NCBI RefSeq assembly: GCF_963921235.1
Contig: NC_086118.1
Location: 24,864,001 to 24,928,000 of the forward strand
DNA length: 64,000 nucleotides
Direction of reading: 5' to 3'
Origin: Mobula hypostoma
Lineage: Eukaryota
Every line of letters starts with the position of its first letter. Position 1 is the stretch's first letter. The position numbers and the translations under genes are program-made. This document shows, in pieces, positions 24,307 to 36,970 of the stretch. The notes under the pieces are model-generated. The model was given only the letters and a program-made list of their open reading frames with translations. It did not search any database and was not told where the DNA came from.

Positions 24307-25910
24307 CAAACCTCATTTCCAGAAAAGTTGGGATATTTTCCAAAATGCGATAAAAACAAAAATCTGTGATATGTTAATTCACCTGAACCTTTATTTAACT
24401 GACAAAAGTACAAAGAAAAGATTTTCAATAGCTTTACTGACCAACTTAATTGTATTCTGTAAATATACACAAATTTAGAATTTGATGGCTGCAACACACT
24501 CAACAAAAGTTGGGACAGAGTTAAAATAAGATTGAAAAGTGCACAGAATATTCAAGTAACACCGGTTTGGAAGACTCCACATTAAGCAGGCTAATTGGTA
24601 GCAGGTGAGGTATCATGACTGGGGATAAAAGTAGCGTTCATCAAAGGCTCAGTCTTTGCAAGCAAGGATGGGTCGTGGCTCACCCCTTTGTGCCAAAATT
24701 CATGACAGAATTGTTAGTCAGTTCAAAAGGAACATTTTTCAATGCAAGATTGCAGAGAATTTAGGTCTTTCAACATCTACAGTACATAATATTGTGAAAA
24801 GATTCAGAGAATTCAGAGACATCTCAGTGTGTAAAGGGCAAGGTCAGAAACCACTGTTGAATGCGCATGATCTTCGAGCCCTCAGGCGGCACTGCCTGAG
24901 AAACCGTCATGCTACTGTGACAATTATAGCCACCTGGGCTCGGGAGTACTTCAGAAAACCATTGTCACTCAACACAGGCCGTCGCTGCATCCAGAAATGC
25001 AACTTGAAACTGTATCACACAAGGAGGAAGCCATACATCAACTCTTTACAGAAACGCCGGCGAGTTCTCTGGGCCCGAGCTTATCTCAGACGGACCAAAA
25101 GACTGTGGAACCGTGTGCTGTGGTCAGATGAGTCCACATTTCAGCTAGTTTTCAGAAAAAACTGGCGTCGAGTTCTCCGTGCCAGAGATGAAAACAACCA
25201 TCCAGATTGTTATCAGCAAAAGGTGCAAAAGCCAACATCTGTGATGGTATGGGGGTGCATCAGTGCCCACGGCATGGGTGAGTTGCATGTATATGAAGGT
25301 ACCATTGACTCTGAGGCATATATTAGGATTCTAGAGAGACATATGTTGCCATCAAGGTGATGTCTCTTCCCGGGACATCCATGCTTATTTCAGCAGGACA
25401 ATGCCAGACCACATTCTGCACGGGCTACAACAGTGTGGCTTTGTAGACACAGAGTGCGTGTGCTTGACTGACCTGCTGCCAGTCCAGATATATCTCCTAT
25501 TGAAAACGTATGGCGCGTCATGAAGAGGAGAATCAGACAACAGAGACCACTGACTGTTGAGCAGCTGAAGTCTTATATCAAGCAAGAATGGACAAAATTT
25601 CCAATTGCAAATCTACTACAATTAGTATGCTCAGTTCCAAAACGATTAAAAAGTGTTATTAAAAGGAAAGGGGATGTAACACAATGGTAAACATGCCTCT
25701 GTCCCAACTTTTGATGAGTGTGTTGCAGCCATCAAATTCTAAATTTGTGTATGTTTACAAAATACAATTAAGTTGGTCAGTAAAACTATTGAAAATCTTT
25801 TCTTTGTACTTTTGTCAGTTAAATAAAGGTTCACGTGAATTAACATATCACAGATTTTTGTTTTTATTGCATTTTGGAAAATATCCCAACTTTTCTGGAA
25901 ATGTGGTTTG
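24307..25910 (+). mobile_element. Full-length Tc1 DNA transposon with long IR/DR-type TIRs and TA TSD
   Basis: TA at 24305-24306 and 25911-25912; about 210-bp inverted repeats with outer and inner AAAAGTTGGGA repeats; 1604 bp long. Confidence 0.96.
24668..25690 (+). pseudogene. Tc1 DD34E transposase, 340 codons, two in-frame TGA stops, no frameshift seen
   Basis: WSDE, VMVWGC, FQQDNARPH and SPDISPIENVW motifs with 34 residues between D and E; stops at 25358 and about 25468. Confidence 0.92.
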
Positions 25911-26321
25911 TACATATTAACCACTGAGACAGCTAATAGCTCAGAAATTATTTACCGTCAAAAAGAGAATTCCATTGTCTCCACAACCATCCCCACCACT
26001 CCTGAATTCTCCAAACACAGTGGTATTTCCATTGTGAATAATGATGAGATGTATTCATTTAAATCCTCTATGCTTTCCGTGGTTAACCTCTTGCCCTTAA
26101 TATGCTTACAAAATGCTTTGTGATGTCCCATCTTCTTGCGTACCAGTTCTGCTTCATATGACTTCGCCTAATTTTATTTGTTTTGCTCCCTCTGCATTTC
26201 CTGTACTCCAATAAGGCCTCCCTGCTCTCCTAATTTCAATTCTCTATACCTGCCATAACCTAATATCTTAATCCTCGATATACAAGGTTTGTTTGTTTTG
26301 TTACCCTTACTTTTTTGTTTT

Positions 26322-27433
26322 GTTACCTCCCTCTGCAGTTGGATCCTCAACTTCCTAACTGGAAGACCACAGTCTGTGTGGATTGGTGATAACACCTCCT
26401 CCTCGCTGACGATCAACACTGGTGCACCTCAGGGGTGTGTGCTTAGCCCACTGCTCTACTCTCTGTATACACATGACTGTGGCTAGGCATAGCTCAAGTA
26501 CCATCTACAAATTTGCTGACGATACAACCATTGTTGGTAGAATTTCAGGTGGTGACGAGAGGGCGTACAGGAGTGAGATATGCCAACTAGTGGAATGGTG
26601 CCACAGCAACAACCTGGCACTCAACATCAGTAAGACAAAAGAGCTGAATGTGGACTTCAGGAAGGATAAGATGAAGGAGCACATACCAATCCTCAGAGAG
26701 GGATCAGAAGTGGCGAGAGTGAACAGCTTCAAGTTCTTCAGTGTCAAGATCTCTGAGGATCTAACCTGGTCCCAACATATCGATGTAGTCATAAAGGCGG
26801 CAAGACAACAGCTATACTTTATTCAAAGTTTGAAGAGATTTCGCATGTCAACAAATACACTCAAAAACTTCTATAGTTGTACTGTGGAGAGCATTCTGAC
26901 AGGCTGCATCACTGTCTGGTCTGGAGGGGCTACTGCACAGGACCAAAAGAAGCTACAGGAGGTTGTAAATCTAGTCAGCTCTATCTTGGGCACTAGTCCA
27001 GAAAGTACCCAGGACATCTTTAGGGAGCGGTGTCTCAGAAAGGCAGTGTCCATTATTAAGGACGTCCAGCACCCAGGGCATGCCCTTTTCTCACTGTTAC
27101 CGTCAGGCAGGAGATACAGGAGCCTGAAGGCACACACTTAGCGATTCAGGAACAGCTTCTTCCCCTCTGCCATCTGATTCCTAAATGGACATTGAAGCTT
27201 TGGACACTACCTCATTTTTTAAAAAATATATGGTATTTCTGTTTCTGCACATTTAAAAAAATCTATTCAATACGCGTATTTGATTGACTTGTTTATTTAT
27301 TATGTTTTATTTTATTTATTATTATTATTATTTTTCTCTCTCTGCTAAATTATGTATTGCATTGAACTGCTGCTGCTAAGTTAACAAATTTCACGTCATA
27401 TGCCGGTGATAATAAACCTGATTCTGATTCTGA
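26322..27433 (+). mobile_element. Rex1/Babar-like LINE, 5'-truncated
   Basis: [83 protein letters not shown] tail. Confidence 0.92.
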
Positions 27434-29103
27434 TGTTTCACTCTAAAAGAAACCACTCTGGCCCTGAACTCTCACTACTTCATCCTTAAGTGACTTATAG
27501 AGGCGAAATGTGACTTACCTGCAGTTAACTACTCCCAATCTAGTATAGCCAATTCTTGTTTATCATATATCAGGTTGCTGATATCAATCTTCCTCATTTC
27601 AGGGTATTAATCTAACCTTGAACTTCTCGACAGCAACTGTAAACGTACTGAGTTATGGTCACTATTTCTGAAATGATCTCCATCGGCAGTCCCTCCACCT
27701 GCCCAGTTACATTCATAGAGTAGAGTCTGTATTGCCCTTTCTCTGACAGGACTGGCTATGTACTAGCCTGAAAGCATTTTAAATACACTGCCCCTTCTTT
27801 GTTTTTCTTGCCAAGGCAATCTAGTTAATAATGGGGATATTGAAATCCCCTGTAGTTAATACCCTATTATTTTTACAATTCCCTGTGATGCGCTTACATA
27901 TCTGCTCCTCCATCTCCCATTGGCCATTGAAGATGTAATGCAGTCCCACACAGTGATAACTCTCTCTTCATTTCTGGTTCCCACTTATGCATCATCATTT
28001 GAGGAACCTTTGAGTAGATCCAGAATCCTTTGCTGCAATAATGGACTCCCTGATTTATTTGGCAAAGCCACTTCCCTTTTACATCACACCTGAAGATTTT
28101 ATATCCCAGAATGCTGTGTTGCTAAATCTGGCCATTTTAAAATTTTGTCTTCATGCTCGCTTCCCCTACAGCCACCCATAAAATATGTAAGTTCCAACAT
28201 CTAATTAATGTACTACTCAGCACATCCTAGGGATAGGGGAGGAAAACAACACCAAGGGTCAGGATTGAACCAAAGCTGCTGAAGAATAAATAACTTATGA
28301 CCCAGTGGGCTTGCTCCAGCACAGAAGCCCAGCATAAATGGCAAGAGTGAACCACTCTCCCCATCTGTGGACAAGTTGACAGTCTCCACATGGCCTCATG
28401 ACTTATTTCAGAACCCACAGAACTGATTTCAAATCGTTCACCTTCAGTCCTGAGGAAGAAGGCTGCTGTGAAATGGTTAATTTGCCACGTGCTTGCTTTG
28501 ATTTGATGAGGGGAGAGAGATTCCCCTCATCAAAGAGTGACACCAGGTTCAATTTGTTAACATTAGCATACATTGAGTTGTTAAAACAAATTCTCTTCTG
28601 TGATATGCAAGAAAGAGGAAAATTTAAAACATTATGCCAGTGATGTTGCTTCTAACAACATTTTCATTAAGCATATGATTTTAATAAAAATTCACATGTT
28701 AAAGTTATCACCAATGAGGTCCTTGCTGAATATATCTGCCAAATGGCATTGATTTTATTACAGTTGGGCTCTTTCCAAAATGAGGAGAGCAGTCCTTTTA
28801 TTTAACCTAAGCAGTTACTCATGCCAGTGGAGGAGAAAGTAGGATTCCAGCTGTAACGTATTATCGAACAAGAAATTGGTTTCATCTCATACATGTATAA
28901 TGAGCTTAATATATAGTGAGCATGTCTATATATCATGCTTACATTTTGAAAGCAGCCTTTGCCGAAGATATTTCCAAAGGCCATTAATAATTTCTGTTTG
29001 CTGATTGCAAACAGAAATTTGATTAAAAATCAATAATATTTACAGTTATCTCTATACTCAAGAGTTAGTGTTCATGAATTTAAATTGTCCTGCATTATGC
29101 ATT

Positions 29104-29935
29104 TCAAAGGCTCAAAGGTTCAATTTAATGTCAGAGAAATGCATACAATATACATCCCGAAATGCTTTTTCTTTGCAAACATCCACGAAAACAGAGAAAT
29201 GCCCCAAAGAATGAATGACAGATAAATGTAAGAACCCTAAAGTCCCCTCCCTCCCACGCATAAGCAGCAATGAGCAACAATCACCCCCTCCCCCCACCGG
29301 CAAAAATAAAGCATCAGCACTGCCACCCAGCACTCAAGCATTAGCAAAGCAATAGCATAGACACAGACTTGCAGTTACCCCAAAGACTTTCATTTCACCC
29401 GGCATTTGACATAGTGCAGATTCTCTCTCTCCCTAATATGGGAGAAAGAGATGTCTCCATTTTCCCAGCGAGCAGTGAGACATAACAAACAACTCGCTGG
29501 CTTACGATATTAAAAGTCCATTATGTCACTTTTTTCGAGCTCTGTGCCTGAAGATCACAAAGATCCCAGGTCTTTGGGCCCACAGCAGATATCCTGACTC
29601 CCCCACCGACACACGGGTCTCCTGCTGTGACACCAACCCTCGATCTGCCCATCTTAGGCTGAGGGCCCATCTGCCCTGAGATCTTAGGCTTCCAAATTCG
29701 AGCCAGACTCTCAGGCCGAACCTTTGGCGTGCCGAACAACGGCCAGTCCTGAAACCCTGAGAATGGGTCTCATTCCCACAAAGAACCAAAGTCAGCATGT
29801 AACTCCAGGTCAGGGTCTTCAAAAGAGCCCTGAAAGGCAAAAATAAATTAACTAAAGATGGAAATAAAGCTGTTTCCAAAGGATCAAGCAAAGGAGTCGC
29901 CGTTTAGTGCCATCTTAACTTCGCTCTGCCTCCGC
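29104..29935 (-). mobile_element. Non-coding retroposon (AAGATGGC start, (CCTTTGA)n-like tail)
   Basis: Minus strand begins near TAAGATGGCAC (about 29917) and ends ATTAAATTGAACCTTTGAGCCTTTGAA; no credible ORF. Confidence 0.6.
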
Positions 29936-30172
29936 GAAGTAATTTGGGAAGTATTTAACAGATAATTTGAAAACTTCGAAACCACCTGTTTAATATTTTT
30001 TTCAGTTAACAAAGATGATGCGGGCAATTTTATCTGAATTACTTGTTGGGACACCCTCAGCTTTGATCCAGTGCTGATTATCTCTCCACTGAGGTCAGCT
30101 ATGGTTCTGATGTTTCTTTGTAAGGAATGCTCTGATTATGAACTGATGTAGCATAAGTAAGAAACTGAAGTA

Positions 30173-32533
30173 ACACATACAAAATGCTGGAGGAACTCAG
30201 CAGGCCAGGCAGTATCTATGGAAATGAATAAACAGTTGACATCTTGGGTCGAGACCCTTCTTCAGGACTGAAATTGAAGGGGGAAGACGCCAGAATAAAA
30301 AGGTGGGGTGAAGGGTAGGAGGCTAGATGGAAGGGGATAGGTGAAGCCAGGTGGGTGGGAAAGGTAAAAGGCTGGAGAATAAGGAATATGATATGAGGGG
30401 CGAGTGGACCATAGGAGAAAGGGAAGGAGGAGGGGACCAGGGGAAAGTAATAGGCAGGTGAAAGAGGTAAAAGGCCAGAGTGGGGAACACAAGAAGAGGA
30501 GAGGGAAAGAGACAAAAAATCTATTTTTACCGGAAGGAGACATCTGTATTCATGCCATTAGTTGGAGACTACCCAGACAGAATATAAGTGTTGCTCCTCC
30601 ACCCTGAGGGTGGCCTCATCTTGGCACGAGAGAAGGCCATGGACTGACATGTTGGAATAGGAATGGGAATGGGAATTAAAACATTTGGCCACCAGGAAGT
30701 TCCGCTTTTAGGTGGATGGAGAGGAGGTACTCAATGAAGCATCTCTGCCAATTTACAGTCCCCCAATTTGCGACGGGTCTCACCAATGTAGACGATGCCG
30801 CATCAGGAGCACCGGACGCGATAGATGACCCCAGCAGATTCGCAGGTCAAGTGTTGCCTCACCTGGAAGGACGGTTTGGGGATGAGGGAGGAGGTGAATG
30901 GGTAGGTGTAGCACTTAGGCCGCTTACAATGGAAAGGGCCTAGGGAGAGATTCGTGAGGAGGGATGAACAGACAAGGGAATTGCGGAGGGAGCGAAACCT
31001 GCGGAACGCTGGCAGTGGGACGGGGGGAGAGGTAAAGATACGTTCAGTGGAAGGGTCCCTTTGGAGCTGGTGGAAGTTGCTGAAGATGATGCATTGGGCG
31101 CAGCAGTTCATGGGGTGGTAGATAGGACAAGAGGAACTCTATCATCTTTAAGGCAGTGGGAAAATGGGGTGAGCACAGATGTTCAGGAAATGGAGGAGAT
31201 GCGGGAGAGGGCAGCATCAATAGTGGAGGAATGGAAATCCCATTGTCTGAAGAAGGAGGACATCTCTGATGTTCTGAAAAGGAAGGCTGCATTCTGAGAA
31301 CAGATATAGTGGAGGCAAAGGAACTGTGAAAAAGGAATAGCATTTTTACAGGAGATAGAGCAAGAAGTATAGGCAAGATAACCATGAGAATCGGTAGGTT
31401 TATAAAAGATGTCAGTTGACAGTTTGTCTCCAGAGATGGAGACAGAGAGATCAGGAAAGGGGAAGAAGGTATCAGAAATGGACCAAGTGAATTTAAGGCC
31501 AGGGTGAAAGCTGGAGGCAAAGTTGATTAAAATTGACAAGCTCAGCATGGGTGCATGAAGCAGCACCAATGCAGTTGTCAATGTAGCAGAGGAAGAGTTG
31601 GGGAATATTACGAGGAAAGGTTCAAACATGGACTGTTTGATTTAGCCAACAAAGAGGCAGGCATAGCTGGGGCCAATGTGGTACCCATGGCTATCCCTCT
31701 AGTCTGAAGAAAGTGGGAGGGCCTGAAGGAAAAATTGTTGAGGGTGAGAACCAGTTCTGCCAGGCGGAGAAGGGTGGTGGAGGAAGGGAACTGGTTTGTC
31801 CTATTGTTAAGAAAGAAGAGGAGAGCTCTGAGGCCTTCTTGATGGGGATAGAAGTATATAGGAACTGAACATCCATGGTGAAAATGAGGTGGTCACGGCC
31901 AAGGAATTGAAAGTTAATGAGGAAACTGAGAGCATCAGAAATGTCACGGATGTCGGTGGGAAAGGACTGAACCAAGGAGGATAGAATGGAATCACAGTGT
32001 GAGGACACAAGTTCAGTGGAACAGGAGCAGGTAGAGACAATAGGCCTACCCAGAGAGTCAGGTTTATGGATCTTGGGTAGGAGGTAGAAGAGAGCAGTGT
32101 GGGGTCGGGAAACTATGAGCTTGGTGGCAGTGGATGGGTGTTCTCCAGAGTTAATGAGGTTAGTGAAGGTGTCGGAGACAATAATCTGATGGTCTGGAGA
32201 GGGGTCTTCTTCAAGGGTAGTTATGAGGAGGTATCTGAGAGCTGCAGCCTGGCCTCAGCAAGGTAGAGGTCGGTGCGCCACATTATAACAGCACCCCCTT
32301 TGTCTGCTGGTTTGATGGTATCATTGGGATTGGTGTGGAGAGAGTGGAAGAGATTGCGTTCAGAGGGATTAAGGTTCAAGGAGAAAAGAATAGTGCTGAA
32401 GTTGAGATGGTTGACGTCTTGTCAGCAATTTGTGATGAAAGGATCCAGAGCAGGCAGAGAACCAAACCAGGGAGTCCAAGAAGAGAAGAAAGGTTAAAGG
32501 CAGGGAAATAAGTCATCATTATGTGTGTGGAAT
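30173..32533 (-). mobile_element. Penelope-like retroelement (RT + GIY-YIG endonuclease), decayed, 15-bp TSD
   Basis: IFTMDVQFLYTSIP, FHPGLKFT, TDIFYKPTDSHGYL, IPFSQFL, FQVRQHLTCESAGVIYRVRCS..VYIGETRRKLG; terminal repeat at 30173-30270; TSD TAAGAAACTGAAGTA at 30158-30172 and 32534-32548. Confidence 0.93.
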
Positions 32534-33503
32534 TAAGAAACTGAAGTATTTTAAAAATACAAGATAAGAAATAGAAGTAGGAGTAGACAATTTGGCACCT
32601 CAAGAATACTCTCCCCCCCCCCCCCCATCAAATGTCCTTATGCTTTGGTCTCTGTACTGTCCAAAATTCTATCTGATTAAGTCTTTAAGGTACAATGACT
32701 GAGCATCTCCAGCCAGCTGGAGCAGAAAACTCCATTGGTTGCAATCCCCCTGAATAAAACCTTACCTCAAGGTTTAGCTAGGGAGGAATGTAACACACAG
32801 GTGCTTAATGGTTTTGGTCCATGGTATTAAAATAGGTTGGGCTTTCAAGCTACATCATGAAGTGATTAAACCAAAACTGAGGAAGGTCAGGGTTCCCAAC
32901 AGTGATTAGTTATAACGTGTAGTTACATTGTCAGATGTGCCTGAACCTTGGAACCTAAAGTTGGTCAATGAATTATTAAAAACATACTTCAGCTGACTCT
33001 CCAGATAAGTTCACGCCTGAGGATCAGTATTAAGATATATTTCTGTTTTTCCAGGGTTATCCTCCACATTCATGGCCTCACAACTACTCTTATACATTAC
33101 ATTCATCCTATGCATTTGGAGGAGGTACCAGAATAATCCTTGGAACAAAAACTCTTCCCTCAGAAGTGTGAGTCCTCTAGGTAATGACCATCCTGGCTGA
33201 GTTTAAAAGGCTTGTCCGTGATAGGTGCATTTATCACATGAAGTTCCTGTGAGGAACTTGATGAGGCTATCATATTACCTTGGATTGATTTCATCTAGAT
33301 CTGAGTTCACCATTACATACAACATTCAACAATATCATTGCACGTTTAGACAGAGATGTAATGTAAAGATTTTTACTCCTTGTGTATCTGAAGGATGTAA
33401 GTAATAAAGTCAATTCAATTCATAATCAGGCTGTCCAATGCAGAGAACAGAAAAGTCTTCCAGCAGGCCCACTTTTGGAGCAAACCCTGTTTAATGTTTC
33501 TCA

Positions 33504-34929
33504 GGCTACATCCACACTAGACCAGATAATTTTGAAAACGCCAGTTTTGCGTAAAAACAATAGGCGTCCACACCAGGCGTTTTCCAAAATACCTCCGTGC
33601 ACATTAGAACAGATATTTGGGCGAGTCTCCTCCTACTGGGAATGCGCAGGACACACAGAAAACAAGCGAAGAGGAAACTGTATAATTGGTGTGCACTTGT
33701 CCAGTTAGACAAGAAAAACTTAAAAGGAAATTACCAAACGAAAGACCTGGTGCGCATTTGTCCAGAAACATTTCCTACAGCCACAGTCTCTTCACCGATG
33801 AAAGGGACGACAGCTACAACTAAATGCAATAAGGCTTGTTACTGAGCAAAAGTTAAATTTGCTGTTACCTCATTTGTTCGCCTTTACTTTTGCCACGTCT
33901 TTGTGTATCATGTTGCTGTATTTAACATGTGCAATAAAACGAGTTACTGGGCAAAAGTGACAATTGCATCTATTGAATGCTTGCACAAGCAATACATTAA
34001 TAATGTTACACGAGCACGTCGGTGGACGAACCCAAGTGCAGAACACGGGCGCAGGGGCAGAGTCAAGAGGCGTTATCACCATAGCGAGTGTGGAATCCGT
34101 TTCCACAAGAGTCTTTACCCATAGTCTTGGGTTTGGAAGGATCCGGGAGTGATGCTAGACTTAGAACTAACAGTCCTAAGAACCATGAAACAAGGTTACT
34201 CACACCAGAGTCAACCAACAAACTGGCAGTTCCTTGTTGTGATCACAGGGTCTTTATCCTGCAGTTTCTGATGGAAAGCAGGTGTGTGTAGTTAGTGGAG
34301 CCTGGGAATGATAGGAAAATAAATGAGGGGATTGAAGCCCAATTCCTGAAGTAAATAGTAAAGTGGGGGATTGCCAGAAGGGACCATGACAAATGAAGTG
34401 CCTCGTTAAATGTATAAAACATGTCTGCATCAGAGTTATCTTGTATTTCCATACAATGTTACATTAGGCTGTTACGCATCTATTGTCAGAGAAGTACTTG
34501 CATAAATAGGTAAACCACCGTCATACAAGCAAGGACAGAAAACAGGGCAAAGTGAGTATACTTATTTATTCAGTTTGCTATGGGTCAAAGTATTTGGTGA
34601 GTACATTTCTAACTCTTCTGGCTTCAGACTCGTTGCCGTCTGTTCTGAAATTGTTAGGTTGTTTGGGGGGTTGCGTTCAAGAAAACAACGAAATGCCGTG
34701 CTGCTGCCATCTATTCCGGCACGTCATGACAGCGTTTTTAAAAATTATCTGTTTACCCCGTCCACACTACCCTGCACAATCGGCGTTTTCAAATTTACAC
34801 CCTCTGGAGGGCGCTTTAGAAAATATCTGTTTTCAGGGGAAGAAAACGTCGTTTCCATGTGGACGGAGGGTCAAAACGAAGAGGAAAAGCTTCAGTTACG
34901 GATTTATCTGGTCTAGTGTGGACATAGAC
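33504..34929. mobile_element. Non-autonomous PIF/Harbinger-like DNA transposon
   Basis: TIRs GGCTACATCCACACTAGACCAGATAA / TTATCTGGTCTAGTGTGGACATAGAC; 3-bp TSD TCA at 33501-33503 and 34930-34932; no transposase. Confidence 0.88.
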
Positions 34930-35944
34930 TCATGAACAACAACCTATATCCCTTTGGGTGGCTGAGGTCTGTGCATATATCAGCAATTCACTGTTATTTT
35001 TCTCCCTCGAGTTTTCTGGACTCTTATTCTGGACTCTCAGAAAGTGCCACTCAGAATACTCGTATGGTTTTAACATTCTCCTCACTTTCCAGAGGCCTAG
35101 CCTCTTAACCAATGAGTTAGTCTTGTGAATCTACACTGCATCTTCTAGAAGGCAAGCATGTTCTTCCTTATCTGCAGAAGTCAAAACTGCGTGTAGTATT
35201 TCAAGTGTGATCTCACCAAAGTTCTGCACGATTACACAAAGTGATTTAGACTCAAAACCTTTGTGCATTAAAAGCCAATTTTCAATTTGATTTACTAGAG
35301 TTGAGACCTGTCCAAAATGTCAATGTTTGTACAGTTCCATAGATGCTGCCTGACCTGCTGAGTTCCTCCAGCATTTTGTGTGTGTTGCTCTAGTTCTCCA
35401 GTATCTGCAGAATCTCTTGTGTTTATGATTTGCTTTTTGAATTGTTTTCTGTTCCTACATGTGTAAGTGCCCATATTGCTTTATAAATCAACATTTACTC
35501 GAGGGCCTGTCTCTGTGTTGTACTGTTTTATATTCTGTATAATCTAACAAAGAGCTCTAAGTAATTATTAGGCATTGACAGATGTGCTTGATTTCTCTGT
35601 GTTTGCTTTTACCTCATTGCTGATCTTTGCAAGTCGTACTTCTGAGTTAAATGTGTTGCTGAAAGTTTAGCATTAGCCAAGTTTGTAACCATCAATACTG
35701 TGTAACTCATAAATGCAGATGAGTTTGCTCTGTTCGGTTTACCTTAACAGGATTGATTATCATGATTGAGTGAGTATGTACCCAGTATAAAATTCCCAGG
35801 AGGTTGTAAGGTTGTTCAGTCATTTAAAAAAAATTACACACTTTTTGATCCTTGAAGGTCCTATCTGTTACAGTGGTGCCACATGAAATCAGTTTCTTTC
35901 AGCTAAGATTAAAAGTTATTCCAAAAAATGTATTTAATGTGTTG

Positions 35945-36970
35945 GAACATAGGAGCAGAATTGGGCCATTCAACCCATAGAGTCTGCTCCGCCATTCTGT
36001 CATGGCTGATTTATTCTACCTGCCCAAACCATTCTGCTGCATTCTCCCCACAACTTTTGATGCCCTGATTAATCAAGAACTTACCAAAATCAACTTTAAA
36101 TATACCCATTGACTGAGCCTCTGCAGCAATCTATGGCAATTAATTCCACAGATTCAATATCCTTTAGCTAAAGAAATTCCTCCAAATCTCAGTTCTAAAT
36201 GAACTTCTCTCTATTCTGTGGCTGTACTTTTTGGTCCTAGACTCCTGCACAAAAGGAAGCATCCTCTCCACATCCACTCTATCCAAGCCTTTCAATATTT
36301 AATAAGTTTCAATGATACTCATAATTATAAACTCCATTGAGTAAATCAGACACTCTTCATACAATAACTCTTTCATTCCCAGAATTAATCTCGAGAACCC
36401 CCTCCGGACCCTCTCCAATGTCAGCATCTTTCGTAGATAAGGCACACAAAACTGTTCACAATACTCCAAGTGCGGTCTGACCAATGGTTTATAAAGCCTC
36501 AGCATTACATCCTTTCTTTTATATTTCTGACCACTTGAAATAAATGCTAACATTTCACTTGCTTTCCTTATCACTGACCAAAGCTGCAAGTTAGCTTTGT
36601 ATGAGGAGTGTGTGATGTACTCAGTGGAGTTTATAAGTATGAGTGTCATTGAAACCTATCAAACATTGAAAGGCTTAGATAGAGTGGATATGGAGAGGAT
36701 GTTTCCTTTTGTGCAGCAGCCTAGGACCAGAGGGTAATTTTCCAGTCATCCAGAATCATTTCAGAATCTAGTGATTTTTGCAAGATCATTACTAACGCCT
36801 CCACATACTACCTTTTTCAGACCTCTGGGGTGTAGTCCATCTGGTCCAGGTGACTTATCTACCTGCAGATCCTTCAGCTTCCTAAGTACCTTCTCCTTAG
36901 TAATAGCAACTACACTCACTTCTGCCCCCCGACACTCTCAAATTTCTTGCGTCCTCTACGGTGAAGACTG
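35945..36970 (-). mobile_element. Rearranged CR1 fragments with an internal inverted segment
   Basis: LRLYKPLVRPHLEYC on minus; plus-strand CR1 piece at 36599-36733. Confidence 0.8.

Noticed and set aside
33055..33170. Plus-strand YAFGGGTRIILG resembling an Ig/TCR J segment
   Set aside because: No CACTGTG heptamer at the right spacing, no splice donor after the motif, and no V or C segments nearby.
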